Below are positions 27,758 through 36,643 of a DNA stretch of 36,779 nucleotides, piece by piece (position 1 is the first letter of the stretch; each line of letters begins with the position of its first letter). The notes under the pieces are model-generated. The model searched no databases, was not told the DNA's origin, and worked only from the letters and a program-made list of their open reading frames with translations. The stretch lies in UHGV virus genome UHGV-0182470; one strand, given 5' to 3'. The position numbers and the translations under genes are program-made. This stretch comes from a virus.

Positions 27758-27941
27758 ATTGTTATCCCAAAACCATCTCCTAGGGAGGTGGTGATTGATT
27801 TATAAGATAGTTAAAACCAAAAACATTTGACAGTAGTAAAGAGAAAGTTGCGTCCATCAGTTGAAGTCAAAGCATAAAGCGGACGATCACTTATCAAAAT
27901 GGCCGCCCACCTAACTCCTCGTTTCACTCGTGCTAAAACTA

Positions 27942-27971
27942 GCCCCCATCAGAATAAATCCTCCTGGGGGC
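27942..27971 (-). terminator. Rho-independent terminator after dinI-like gene
   Basis: GCCCCC...GGGGGC hairpin immediately downstream (minus strand) of the stop at 27980, followed by a U-rich tract on the minus strand. Confidence 0.5.
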
Positions 27972-27979
27972 AACGTTTC

Positions 27980-28210
27980 TTAATGCAGCCAGCTGTCGTC
28001 TTCCCACACCTTCTGCATAATTTTCATCACTTGTTTTCTTTCTTCGTCCAGTTGCAGTCCGGTCAGTTCCACACCGTTAGAGCTACCTTTGCGGATACGA
28101 ATTACCGTTTTGGGATACAGGGGGCGCAGATTGCGGTAAAGCTCGGATTCAAGGGCGTCCAGTGTAGACTGGCTAACCTTCTGCTCTTTATCGATCATTA
28201 TTTCAATGCG
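27980..28210 (-). CDS. dinI: DinI-family protein (ORF track extends to 28285; start at MRIEIMI)
   Basis: MRIEIMIDKEQKVSQSTLDALESELYRNLRPLYPKTVIRIRKGSSNGVELTG...KIMQKVWEDDSW aligns along its length with E. coli DinI as I recall it. Confidence 0.8.
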   Translation of the reverse strand, partial: RIEIMIDKEQKVSQSTLDALESELYRNLRPLYPKTVIRIRKGSSNGVELTGLQLDEERKQVMKIMQKVWEDDSWLH

Positions 28211-28223
28211 CATAAAAGTCACC

Positions 28224-28412
28224 TCAGCTGATGACATCCATTGAGCGGTTGTATTCGTGGGTTCTGATTTTTGCCATAAGTTCATCTGTCAGTTCAGAAA
28301 CCCACTGCAGGGCCAGCCCCTTCTCTTCATCACTACACTCACTAGCCGCTACAAGCTTAAGAAAAAAATCAATGCGCTGGAGCTTCAAAGACTCCAAAAA
28401 ATAGTCCTGCAT
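28224..28412 (-). CDS. Small acidic hypothetical protein, first gene of LexA-boxed operon (Tum-like antirepressor candidate)
   Basis: 62-aa ORF immediately downstream of a LexA box and upstream of the dinI-like gene; functional assignment is inference only. Confidence 0.4.
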   Translation of the reverse strand: MQDYFLESLKLQRIDFFLKLVAASECSDEEKGLALQWVSELTDELMAKIRTHEYNRSMDVIS

Positions 28413-28454
28413 CTTTCCTCCTATGACACCAAAGCAATACTGTATATATAACCA

Positions 28455-28470
28455 CTGTTTATATTTACAG
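28455..28470. promoter_or_regulatory. LexA (SOS) box
   Basis: CTGTTTATATTTACAG is a perfect CTGT-N8-ACAG palindrome with AT-rich spacer; a second half-site-like CTGTATATATAACCAC lies just upstream. Confidence 0.65.
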
Positions 28471-28564
28471 TATATAATAATCTTACTGATGTAAAACGTT
28501 TTTTTATGCTCATCAGCCTGATATGCCTGGTATTATTAAGAGCACGAATTGTTAACCCGCGTAA

Positions 28565-30979
28565 TTAATACAGGTTTCGCCACTTATCATCTTCCTGCAA
28601 ACGCTGGTTCCGATAGAAGATACGCAGGCCTGCTCCTGATGGAATACTGCCGCCGCGAAGCAGTAAATCGACCTCTTTCTCGCTGCCATCAAATCCCCTG
28701 GACTTCAGTTCATACACGAGCTGCTGTCGCTGATGATCTGTAATTCGCTGTTTGTAGTCTTTACGCCGTTTCGGTTTCACAAGGCGTAACCTTGCTGCCA
28801 GTTCCCGGCGCTCTTTTTTGCTCATACTGTGCAGGTAATCGTGCAACTCCTTGTCATCCATGCGGGTGATATCCGTTCTGGTATCTCCATCAGCTGATTT
28901 GTCTTTCCCTTGTTGGTACAAATTTTCAGCAAGGGGACAGTTATTGCCACGAGTCCAAGGGGCGCAAGCGCCCTGGTCGGCTGCCGCCTCCTGAATGTCA
29001 ACGGCCTTACGAACCATTTTCCACTTCACGGCATGAGTGCAGATCTTGCCCTCTGCAATAGGTGACCAGATGCCATAAATACGAATGCCGTGATCGCCAT
29101 AGGCGGTCGGCTCTTCGTTGATTTCATAAGCAGTTCTGATGAGGTGATATTTGCGGGGAACCAGTACGCCGCCCTGCTTCATGATGTAGGTGGCAAAACA
29201 ACCAGCATCAGCAGCAGCCAGGATTGCATCAAGGCGCGGGTTATCCAGTACCGGCGCACCTGCTTTTTTGTCCCCCTGTTGCCTTGCCGCCTGACCAGCC
29301 AGCAATCGCAGTTCACGGTAAGCCTGACGCCCCGGAATGCCAAAGAAGCGGAATTGCTGAACACGATGCAGAGACGCCCAGGCATTAACGTATTCAGCAT
29401 TATCACGCAGGGATTTCCCCGTTTCCTTGCTGATCTCGCCAGCCAGACCACGCCCGTCAATGTTCTTACTGATGTATTTCGCGATGTAGCTTGTTGGCGT
29501 ACCTTTGCGCGGGTTAATCAACTCAGACTTAAAGCGCGGTCCAGTGTTATTGCCCAGCTCCTCGCGGTCTTCACGGATGGCAAACTTACGCAGTAATGCA
29601 GTGATGGCGCGGCGGTCTTTTTTGCGCATAAAACACAACAGGTGCCAGTGAACTGTACCGTCATGATGCGGCTCAGCCACCCGCACGCCATACCAGCGCA
29701 ATCCGGCTTTGTGCATCGCCTTACGAAATGCAGCAAACATGCCGACCAGATAATCACTACTTTGTCTTACCGTCGCATTTGTCCAGGTTGGGTTGGGCCT
29801 GCCGTTATTTAGCGTGGAATGGAAACGTGACGGACAGGTGATGGTGTAGAAAACGGCGCAGTCACCGCGCATTTCCGCGATAAGCTCCAGACCTTTAACA
29901 CAGGCCATCATCTCATTGCGGCGATGCGCAGGGTTGCTGCTGCTGGCGTTTACCACATCCTCCATGTCCAGCGTGTCGCCGTCTTCGTTCACCAGTTCAT
30001 GAGAACGGAAAAACTCCAGCGACTTACGGCGCTGCTCACGTTTATGCATCACGGCTTCATAGCTGACATAAGGAGATGCTTTTTTGCTAACCAGGCAGAC
30101 AGCGCGCAACTGCTCTTCCCGCCATTCGCAACGCATCTTCCATAATTTCCGATACCACCAGTCAGCGCACAACATACGCGCCAGCGAACCCGGAATGAGT
30201 TCATAGGGCACGGGTTTACGGCGGTTTCTTTTCCGGCGGAGTTGCTCAAACGCAGGCGGGATGACATCCAGACGCAGGGTTTCCGCTGCCACCTTTTCCC
30301 ATGTATTGCGGATTTCTTCTGGCTTAACGTCATCGGTGACATACAAATCGCCACAAGCTGCATCAAGGCACATGCTCATATGCGCAGCGACAAGGGTAGA
30401 CAAGCGTTTCACCTGATCCTGACTCATTTCAGGCAGGATCAGCAGGCCGTCCAGCCCTTCATGGCTTGCCATAAAGCGAAAAGAAGTGGATAGCTGACTG
30501 TCGCGTACATGCTCCAGTCGTTCCAGACATGGCTTAATCGTCTCACGCAAATAGCGGGAATAAGCCTTTGGCCTGCCCAGGCTGCTGAAGTATTCAATAC
30601 GTTGCATCAGCGGCTTGCTGATATGGGAAGGCTGGGCATTGACGTCCGCCAGAATGACCATGTCCGGGTTAAAACGCTGCTGCTCATGCGCCAGCTTTGC
30701 CCGACTAATGAGCTTATCCTGCTCCATTTCGCGCTGGACAGGATCACGGGATTCATTAAAGAAATAACGCTCCCAGACCTGATCACTCAGCGCCTCACGG
30801 CGCAGCTGTTCCTGCTCGTTATCGGCAGCGTACAGAGTGATCAGATTTGAAAGCGCAGAAACCGGCGCAACTTCCGCCGGGTCCAGATAAGGGTTAATGG
30901 CCTTTTTCGGGCTGTTCCATGAGAATGCTGCGGCGACCTCGTTAAAGCCGCTGCAGTTGTTCATATCAGCATGGCTCAT
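28565..30979 (-). CDS. A: Replication initiation endonuclease A (rolling-circle type)
   Basis: 804-aa ORF; size, position and sequence character match P2/186 gpA. Confidence 0.85.
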   Translation of the reverse strand: MSHADMNNCSGFNEVAAAFSWNSPKKAINPYLDPAEVAPVSALSNLITLYAADNEQEQLRREALSDQVWERYFFNESRDPVQREMEQDKLISRAKLAHEQQRFNPDMVILADVNAQPSHISKPLMQRIEYFSSLGRPKAYSRYLRETIKPCLERLEHVRDSQLSTSFRFMASHEGLDGLLILPEMSQDQVKRLSTLVAAHMSMCLDAACGDLYVTDDVKPEEIRNTWEKVAAETLRLDVIPPAFEQLRRKRNRRKPVPYELIPGSLARMLCADWWYRKLWKMRCEWREEQLRAVCLVSKKASPYVSYEAVMHKREQRRKSLEFFRSHELVNEDGDTLDMEDVVNASSSNPAHRRNEMMACVKGLELIAEMRGDCAVFYTITCPSRFHSTLNNGRPNPTWTNATVRQSSDYLVGMFAAFRKAMHKAGLRWYGVRVAEPHHDGTVHWHLLCFMRKKDRRAITALLRKFAIREDREELGNNTGPRFKSELINPRKGTPTSYIAKYISKNIDGRGLAGEISKETGKSLRDNAEYVNAWASLHRVQQFRFFGIPGRQAYRELRLLAGQAARQQGDKKAGAPVLDNPRLDAILAAADAGCFATYIMKQGGVLVPRKYHLIRTAYEINEEPTAYGDHGIRIYGIWSPIAEGKICTHAVKWKMVRKAVDIQEAAADQGACAPWTRGNNCPLAENLYQQGKDKSADGDTRTDITRMDDKELHDYLHSMSKKERRELAARLRLVKPKRRKDYKQRITDHQRQQLVYELKSRGFDGSEKEVDLLLRGGSIPSGAGLRIFYRNQRLQEDDKWRNLY

Positions 30980-31833
30980 GCACGCACTCCGTACACGGCA
31001 GAACTATCCACGCCACGCGAAGGATCAAATCCCACCCAGCAGCGCGGCCCGGAAACAGCGATGATTTCTGTTGCTGATTTACCCTCGCCAGCTGCCACAC
31101 CGATGCTGCGTTTTACCTTGATATAGTGGTGAGTAAAATTGCGATACAGCGAACGAATCAGGGATGTGTCACTGTTAGAAACAATGACCGGATGTCCTTC
31201 AGATGATCGATGTTCAAGAACGGATGCCAGGTGATACTGGTCATCTTCAGTGAAACCATCAGTGTGATAGCCGGAAAACGTACCGTCATACGGCGGATCG
31301 CAATACACCACATCCCCCGCCTTCAACATCGCCAGCGTTTCATCAAAGCTGGTGCAGATAAACGTTGCCCGCTGGGCTTTTTCTGCAAATGCGCGAATTT
31401 CTTTTTCAGGGAAATACGGATTTTTATAATTACCGTAGGGAATGTTGAAATGCCCGCTCTTGTTATAGCGACATAAACCACGGTAACCGTGACGATTGAG
31501 ATACAGGAAATATACCGCTTTCATGAAATCAGTAATTTCAGTTGAGTAATTAAACTCCTGCCTTATGTTGTAATAAGCTACCTCCCTGTTTGCGATCTCA
31601 AATAAAACTCTGGCGCGAGATATAAACGATTCACAATCAGCGGCAACCTTTTTATAGAGGTTGATTAAATCAGGATTAATATCCGCAACCAGATAGCTGG
31701 GGTAATCCGTCTCCATCATCACAGCACAAGAACCCGCGAAAGGTTCAACCAGTCGCGGGCCAGCAGGAAGATGTTTTTTCAGTTCGGACATTATGGCAGT
31801 TTTATTTCCCGCCCATTTCAGGATGGTGCTCAT
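30976..31833 (-). CDS. dam: DNA adenine methyltransferase (Dam-like)
   Basis: From internal Met [11 protein letters not shown]...[10 protein letters not shown]...DPPY; motifs I and IV of Dam-type MTases; overlaps A start (ATGA). Confidence 0.85.
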   Translation of the reverse strand: MSTILKWAGNKTAIMSELKKHLPAGPRLVEPFAGSCAVMMETDYPSYLVADINPDLINLYKKVAADCESFISRARVLFEIANREVAYYNIRQEFNYSTEITDFMKAVYFLYLNRHGYRGLCRYNKSGHFNIPYGNYKNPYFPEKEIRAFAEKAQRATFICTSFDETLAMLKAGDVVYCDPPYDGTFSGYHTDGFTEDDQYHLASVLEHRSSEGHPVIVSNSDTSLIRSLYRNFTHHYIKVKRSIGVAAGEGKSATEIIAVSGPRCWVGFDPSRGVDSSAVYGVRA

Positions 31834-32057
31834 ACAGCACCTCCGTTGTAATGTTTGCCTTTCAGCTCTGCGATTTCCTGACAGGTAATGCAAAGCTGCA
31901 CACCCGGAATGGCACGGCGGCGTGCTGGCGGAATTGGCGCTTCACACTCAATGCAAAGCACGCGGGACACGCCCGGCGTTTTGGCACGGGCAGCACGGAT
32001 ATGGCGTTGGCGTTCTTCTTCAACGCGCTGCTGTACGAGATCCATTGCATCAGCCAT
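31830..32057 (-). CDS. TraR/DksA-family C4 zinc-finger protein
   Basis: 75 aa with CIECEAPIP...CITCQ spacing typical of TraR/DksA phage proteins. Confidence 0.7.
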   Translation of the reverse strand: MADAMDLVQQRVEEERQRHIRAARAKTPGVSRVLCIECEAPIPPARRRAIPGVQLCITCQEIAELKGKHYNGGAV

Positions 32058-32296
32058 TAGTGGATCTCCTGCGCTTCGTTCTGGATTGCTTCAGCAGTCA
32101 CACGAAGCAGTTCTGCCGCTTCGACGTGGGTTAGCTGGCGGGATGTGATATGACACGCCAGGCTATCAAGGCGAGCTGCCATTGCTTCAGCCCTTGCCCG
32201 GCGTTCTTCCAGACGAGCCTCTGTCAGTAAAATATTAAGCCCTGCGTCATCCGGTCCGGTTTTGGTCGAGAGGGTTTCAATATTACGCATAATCAA
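32057..32296 (-). CDS. Hypothetical early protein
   Basis: 79-aa ORF in the early operon, coupled to neighbours. Confidence 0.5.
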   Translation of the reverse strand: MIMRNIETLSTKTGPDDAGLNILLTEARLEERRARAEAMAARLDSLACHITSRQLTHVEAAELLRVTAEAIQNEAQEIH

Positions 32297-32357
32297 TTCT
32301 CCTAAATTTAGATAAAGGGATGCCCGGCGGGTTTACGCCATTAATTTCATTAGTTGG

Positions 32358-32699
32358 TTAATTCGGCATGGTTAGCCGTCTGGGAAATAAGCTCACCACT
32401 GCACGAAAATGATTCATTGCTTTAATCAACTCCCGCTTTTCGTCAGTGGTCAGCTCATTAATGCTGATGCTATGACGTTCAGCTGGAATTTTTGCCATAA
32501 AGAATATGGCAGCCAGTGCCCGTTTATTTTGTTCGCTATTAATATCCCGTGGATTACGCATATCTTTAATAAACTGCTCAAGCTCTGACTCAATATTCAG
32601 GCCAAAAACTTTCGCTCTTAACTCCGCAATATGATTAAGTCCATTCAGGCGCTCACCGGGGCTTAATGGAACAGTTGCTGCAGCGCCATTAATTGCCAT
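32358..32699 (-). CDS. Hypothetical early protein
   Basis: 113-aa ORF in the early operon. Confidence 0.5.
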   Translation of the reverse strand: MAINGAAATVPLSPGERLNGLNHIAELRAKVFGLNIESELEQFIKDMRNPRDINSEQNKRALAAIFFMAKIPAERHSISINELTTDEKRELIKAMNHFRAVVSLFPRRLTMPN

Positions 32700-32721
32700 A
32701 CTTCATATCCCCCAAACGCAG

Positions 32722-32946
32722 CTATCGTTCTTTGTTCTTACGGTAACGCTCAAGAGGAGATACATTTTTTCGTATCGTCTCTTTAACCTGCTCTCCCCGT
32801 AAAAACGTCCCATCCTTTAACGTGAAAAAGTAACTGCCATCGCCCGACAATGACGGATAGCAACAGAGCAAATCATCTTCAGGTACTGAATAACTCTCCC
32901 CTCTGTAACGAAACTGATAAACCACTTCACTTTCTGCCGCATACAT
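32722..32946 (-). CDS. Hypothetical early protein
   Basis: 74-aa ORF with ACGGAG RBS-like sequence upstream. Confidence 0.5.
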   Translation of the reverse strand: MYAAESEVVYQFRYRGESYSVPEDDLLCCYPSLSGDGSYFFTLKDGTFLRGEQVKETIRKNVSPLERYRKNKER

Positions 32947-33113
32947 TTGGACTTTCTCCGTTTCCTCGTGGTCAATTCAGACAGCAATTCATCTTGTGAA
33001 TGACATGGATGCCAGCGTTTTCCATCCTCACCCGTGATCCAGCCGTGACCGTAGTGCATTGCCGGACTTTGTTTTACCAGCAGCGACGCAAATGATGGTT
33101 CTTTCGTCAGCAT
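32817..33113 (-). CDS. Hypothetical small early protein (3' extent uncertain; overlaps next ORF in another frame)
   Basis: ATG at 33113 with GAGGTG RBS; N-terminal ~55 aa look protein-like, the remainder overlaps the 32722-32946 ORF. Confidence 0.3.
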   Translation of the reverse strand: MLTKEPSFASLLVKQSPAMHYGHGWITGEDGKRWHPCHSQDELLSELTTRKRRKSKCMRQKVKWFISFVTEGRVIQYLKMICSVAIRHCRAMAVTFSR

Positions 33114-33120
33114 AAGCACC

Positions 33121-33630
33121 TCACAGCAAACCGAATGAAGCACCGAGGCCAGTCACAGTATCAACTGCACTCGCCATCGCAGGGTTAGCCTGTAAACGGG
33201 CCTGCAATGAAACAGCCGCCAGCGCCATCAGTCGTGTTACAGAATTAATGCTGCTGATGGCATCACGACGACCGGCACTGGTTTTTACATCGCCAGATAC
33301 CGCACCTGCAGCAACACGCCCGATCTCTGCGGTTGCACTCATGACGTAATGCGGCAGTTTCTCTTTTGCTACCTCATTAATCGGTACACATGGCAGGCAG
33401 TGAATCTGTGCCAGAAAACCATCTATCAGCGTTGAATCTTCAGTCAGATCGGTAAGCAGCCAGATTTCTGGCGCATTGAGCTGATGCGGTTGATCTGGGT
33501 TGAGTTTGTTTCGCAGAGTCTGGACATTCATTCCTGCACGTTCTGCCAGCTTCGCCATATTGTGACGAAGTGCAAAAGCTCTACAGGCTTCATCAAAATG
33601 CGGGTGTTTGGAAATCTTATAATCAAACAT
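33121..33630 (-). CDS. cII: CII-like lysogeny establishment regulator (186 CII family)
   Basis: MFDYKISKHPHFDEACRAFALRHNMAKLAERAGMNVQTLRNKLNPDQPHQ... aligns closely with phage 186 CII as I recall it. Confidence 0.85.
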   Translation of the reverse strand: MFDYKISKHPHFDEACRAFALRHNMAKLAERAGMNVQTLRNKLNPDQPHQLNAPEIWLLTDLTEDSTLIDGFLAQIHCLPCVPINEVAKEKLPHYVMSATAEIGRVAAGAVSGDVKTSAGRRDAISSINSVTRLMALAAVSLQARLQANPAMASAVDTVTGLGASFGLL

Positions 33631-33662
33631 GCTACCCCCTTAGAAAGTTCTCATAATTGAAC

Positions 33663-33905
33663 TTACTTACCAACAATGACGCGGAAGTTGGAATGACCGA
33701 GGGATTCACGGACCTGATCGGTTTTGTACATTAAATAACGCAGGCTTACGCGGCCTTTGTTTTTTTCCTTCTTGACCATGTATTTAGCAAGCTGACCATG
33801 GTGAATTTTTTGATACACAGAGCCGCGGGAGATACCTTCCCATTCAGCGAACTCAGCAGGCGTTGCCATCTCTTTTGGTACACGAATTGAAATATCAGTA
33901 CTCAT
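33663..33905 (-). CDS. apl: Apl/Cox-like excisionase and lytic-switch regulator
   Basis: 80-aa HTH-like protein, first gene of the lytic operon, divergent from cI. Confidence 0.65.
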   Translation of the reverse strand: MSTDISIRVPKEMATPAEFAEWEGISRGSVYQKIHHGQLAKYMVKKEKNKGRVSLRYLMYKTDQVRESLGHSNFRVIVGK

Positions 33906-34021
33906 AGTGCAGTATCTCTTAGTTTGGTTTCGTTTTATCTTGTTTTATGTGGTTTGGTTTTGCTTTTCAAACCATGAATGGATATTAAGATCACTTTTTA
34001 TATACGTCAAGAGGTTTGATT
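33906..34021. promoter_or_regulatory. Lysis/lysogeny switch region (divergent/face-to-face promoters and operators)
   Basis: 116-bp intergenic region between apl and cI with repeated GTTTGGTTT elements and an inverted GGTTTG...CAAACC pair. Confidence 0.5.
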
Positions 34022-34654
34022 ATGAGTTTAATCAAAGCGGGAAATGATAGTGGTGGGCGCGATGCAATTAACAGGCTTATTAAGGCTTACAACTTCAGCT
34101 CACGACAGCAGCTCTGCGAACATCTGGAAGTATCCAAAAGCACTATGGCTAACAGATACTTAAGGGATAGCTTTCCTGCCGAATGGGTAATTCAATGTGC
34201 CCTTGAAACAGGAGCTTCCCTTCTATGGCTGGCTACTGGTCAAGGAGATATGTATGCGTGTGAGAACGAAGAAACAAATCTCAAAAATGAACCTCCCGTC
34301 ACTGTAAGACCACTTTCTAAGATCGTTGCTCCTAGCATCAAACGTGTTGAACTGAAGAACGGCGAACTGCAGGCAAGTGATGAAATTCTTCTTGATAGCA
34401 GCCTGCTCGATGGTGACTCATCCAACGCTTTATTTGTTAAAACAGCTAATAATAGCTTTGTAGTGGATACGTCCGTTAAACAAGTCAGTAATGGCTTCTG
34501 GTTAGTCGATATGGACGGAGTTAAAAGCATCGTCAAAATTGCGCGCATACCCGGAAACAAAATAGTAGTTAGCCAAGATGACACTTCATTTGAATGTTCT
34601 GTAGATGATGTGGAAGTCGTAGGACGTGCAGTCAAAGTAATCAAGAACCTCTAA
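34022..34654 (+). CDS. cI: CI immunity repressor (186 type)
   Basis: ATG 34022 with AAGAGG RBS (track start 34016 is a TTG); N-terminal HTH region; immediately upstream of int. Confidence 0.8.
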   Translation: MSLIKAGNDSGGRDAINRLIKAYNFSSRQQLCEHLEVSKSTMANRYLRDSFPAEWVIQCALETGASLLWLATGQGDMYACENEETNLKNEPPVTVRPLSKIVAPSIKRVELKNGELQASDEILLDSSLLDGDSSNALFVKTANNSFVVDTSVKQVSNGFWLVDMDGVKSIVKIARIPGNKIVVSQDDTSFECSVDDVEVVGRAVKVIKNL

Positions 34655-34657
34655 CTT

Positions 34658-35674
34658 ATGACCATCAGAAAACAGCCGAACGGAAAATGGTTGTGTGAGT
34701 GCTATCCCAATGGACGCAATGGTAAGCGCGTGCGTAAGCAATTTGCTACCAAAGGCGAAGCCATTGCATTTGAAAGCTTCACAATGGAAGAAGTGAACAA
34801 AAAACCGTGGTTAGGAGAAAAGGATGATCGGCGACACCTATCAGAATTAATTGAGCTTTGGTATTCCCTGTATGGTCAGACACTCGCAGACCCCAAGCGC
34901 CTCATGGCGAAACTTAGAATTATCTGTAATGGTCTAGGCGACCCCATCGCCTCAGAACTGACAGCCGGTGACTTTACGAAATACCGCGAAGCACGGTTAA
35001 AAGGTGAAGTACGAAATGAAGATGGCACGTTTATGTCGCCCGTTAAGCCCCGCACGGTAAACCTTGAACAGCGCAATCTATCATCTGTTTTTGGTACGCT
35101 GAAAAAGCTGGGCCACTGGTCAGCCCCCAACCCGCTTGCTGGGCTGCCAACATTTAAAATTGCTGAGAGTGAATTGGCGTTCCTGACCCCGGAAGAAATT
35201 AAACGTCTGCTGGATGCCTGCGCCGATTCTCAAAGCTCCAGCCTGCTTTTGATTGCAAAAATATGCCTGGCCACCGGCGCACGCTGGAGCGAAGCCGAAA
35301 ACCTGCAGAGTCATCAGGTATCAAAATACCGTATCACTTATACCAAGACCAAAGGCAAGAAAAACCGAACTGTGCCTATTTCTAAGGATTTATATGAAGA
35401 ACTGCCTAAGAATAGGGGGAAGTTATTCACCCCATGCAGAAAAGCCTTTGAGCGTGCAGTAAAGCGGGCTGGTATCGATCTGCCAGAGGGTCAATGTACT
35501 CACGTTCTGCGTCATACATTCGCTAGCCATTTTATGATGAATGGTGGAAACATATTGGTTTTGCGGGATATCCTAGGACATTCAGATATAAAAATGACCA
35601 TGGTCTATGCACACTTCGCCCCAGACCATTTAGAAGATGCCGTAACTAAAAATCCTTTATTTAATTTGAGGTAA
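34658..35674 (+). CDS. int: Tyrosine integrase
   Basis: 338 aa; C-terminal catalytic region HVLRHTFASHFMMNGG...LGHSDIKMTMVYAH with R..H..R..Y signature. Confidence 0.9.
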   Translation: MTIRKQPNGKWLCECYPNGRNGKRVRKQFATKGEAIAFESFTMEEVNKKPWLGEKDDRRHLSELIELWYSLYGQTLADPKRLMAKLRIICNGLGDPIASELTAGDFTKYREARLKGEVRNEDGTFMSPVKPRTVNLEQRNLSSVFGTLKKLGHWSAPNPLAGLPTFKIAESELAFLTPEEIKRLLDACADSQSSSLLLIAKICLATGARWSEAENLQSHQVSKYRITYTKTKGKKNRTVPISKDLYEELPKNRGKLFTPCRKAFERAVKRAGIDLPEGQCTHVLRHTFASHFMMNGGNILVLRDILGHSDIKMTMVYAHFAPDHLEDAVTKNPLFNLR

Positions 35675-35684
35675 GTAGTAATTT

Positions 35685-36353
35685 ATGAATAGCGAACTAG
35701 AGTTACTTATAAAAATATTATTCCCTTCCCTATCTGCCATTATATCCTTATTAGGGCTTAAAACAGGGTGGACTTATAAAAAAGATAAACTATTCACATC
35801 ACGTAAAAACATTAGCGAATTTTCATATCAGATGTATAAAAGCAGTGAAGATCCGACCTTCAAAAAACTGGCGGAAGATTACGGCATTGCTGCATTAACC
35901 AAAGATAACACATTGACAAAAAAACAAAGACTAATATTACTCAACACAACAAACCCCGTTAGCGATATAGATAATTATTCCAAATGTCAAAGTCTAATTT
36001 CCATTACCACCCATAAAGAAATATTCGCATGGAATAAAAAAAGATATAAATACAGCATATATAGAAAATTAATAAAAATCATAACAACTCTAATTTACTT
36101 CATGAGCAGTCTCATCGTAGCACTTCCTTTCAGTTATTCTGTTGTAGTAAGTGCTAAGATGATGGAGAAGATAAACCATCTAACTACTTGGCAATACTTT
36201 GGTTTAAGCAGCTATTTTGTGGTATCGGGAGTAGCAATATGCTTTATCTGCCTAGATAAGCTCTCCAAGATTAAGATCGCCGAGAGATTAATCGTTTCGA
36301 ATAGGCGTTTAGGCGACAAATGCAGTGGCGGCACTTTGGCGGCAGAAAGTTAA
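35685..36353 (+). CDS. AT-rich cargo membrane protein (two predicted TM helices)
   Basis: 222-aa ORF between int and attR; hydrophobic segments IKIITTLIYFMSSLIVALPF and YFGLSSYFVVSGVAICFICL. Confidence 0.6.
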   Translation: MNSELELLIKILFPSLSAIISLLGLKTGWTYKKDKLFTSRKNISEFSYQMYKSSEDPTFKKLAEDYGIAALTKDNTLTKKQRLILLNTTNPVSDIDNYSKCQSLISITTHKEIFAWNKKRYKYSIYRKLIKIITTLIYFMSSLIVALPFSYSVVVSAKMMEKINHLTTWQYFGLSSYFVVSGVAICFICLDKLSKIKIAERLIVSNRRLGDKCSGGTLAAES

Positions 36354-36438
36354 AAACCCATAAAACGGACAGACACCGCATAAATCTAACCAACTGAAAA
36401 TCAAAGCAAATCATTGTTTTTACAGACATTGAAATGCT

Positions 36439-36484
36439 ATGTAGGAATTTCGGACGCGGGTTCAACTCCCGCCAGCTCCACCAA
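36439..36484. repeat. attR core: 46-bp direct repeat (displaced ssrA 3' end copy)
   Basis: Identical to 35-80; preceded by non-ssrA sequence, so this is the partial duplicate. Confidence 0.85.
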
Positions 36485-36611
36485 TCATGATTGGACGGTA
36501 TAAGGACAACACCAATAAAAACAGGAAGTTAGCAGTCTCAGCAGGACACCGACCAGACGGTGAAGAGACATAAAAGGATACGCAAAGGAGCCGCGGCTCC
36601 TGGTGACATGA

Positions 36612-36635
36612 AAGCCCACAGATGTGGGCTTTTTC
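36612..36635. terminator. Rho-independent terminator in host flank
   Basis: AGCCCACA GAT TGTGGGCT hairpin followed by TTTTT. Confidence 0.6.
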
Positions 36636-36643
36636 GTTGATGG

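Larger units (their letters stand above)
80..36484. mobile_element. P2/186-like prophage integrated in ssrA
   Basis: Bounded by the 46-bp direct repeats; contains integrase, 186-like cI/apl/cII switch, replication gene A, and a complete P2-type head, tail and lysis gene set in conserved order. Confidence 0.85.

Noticed and set aside
36439-36484. Second tmRNA gene
   Set aside because: Only the terminal 46 nt are present, preceded by unrelated sequence; it is the attR duplicate, not a gene.
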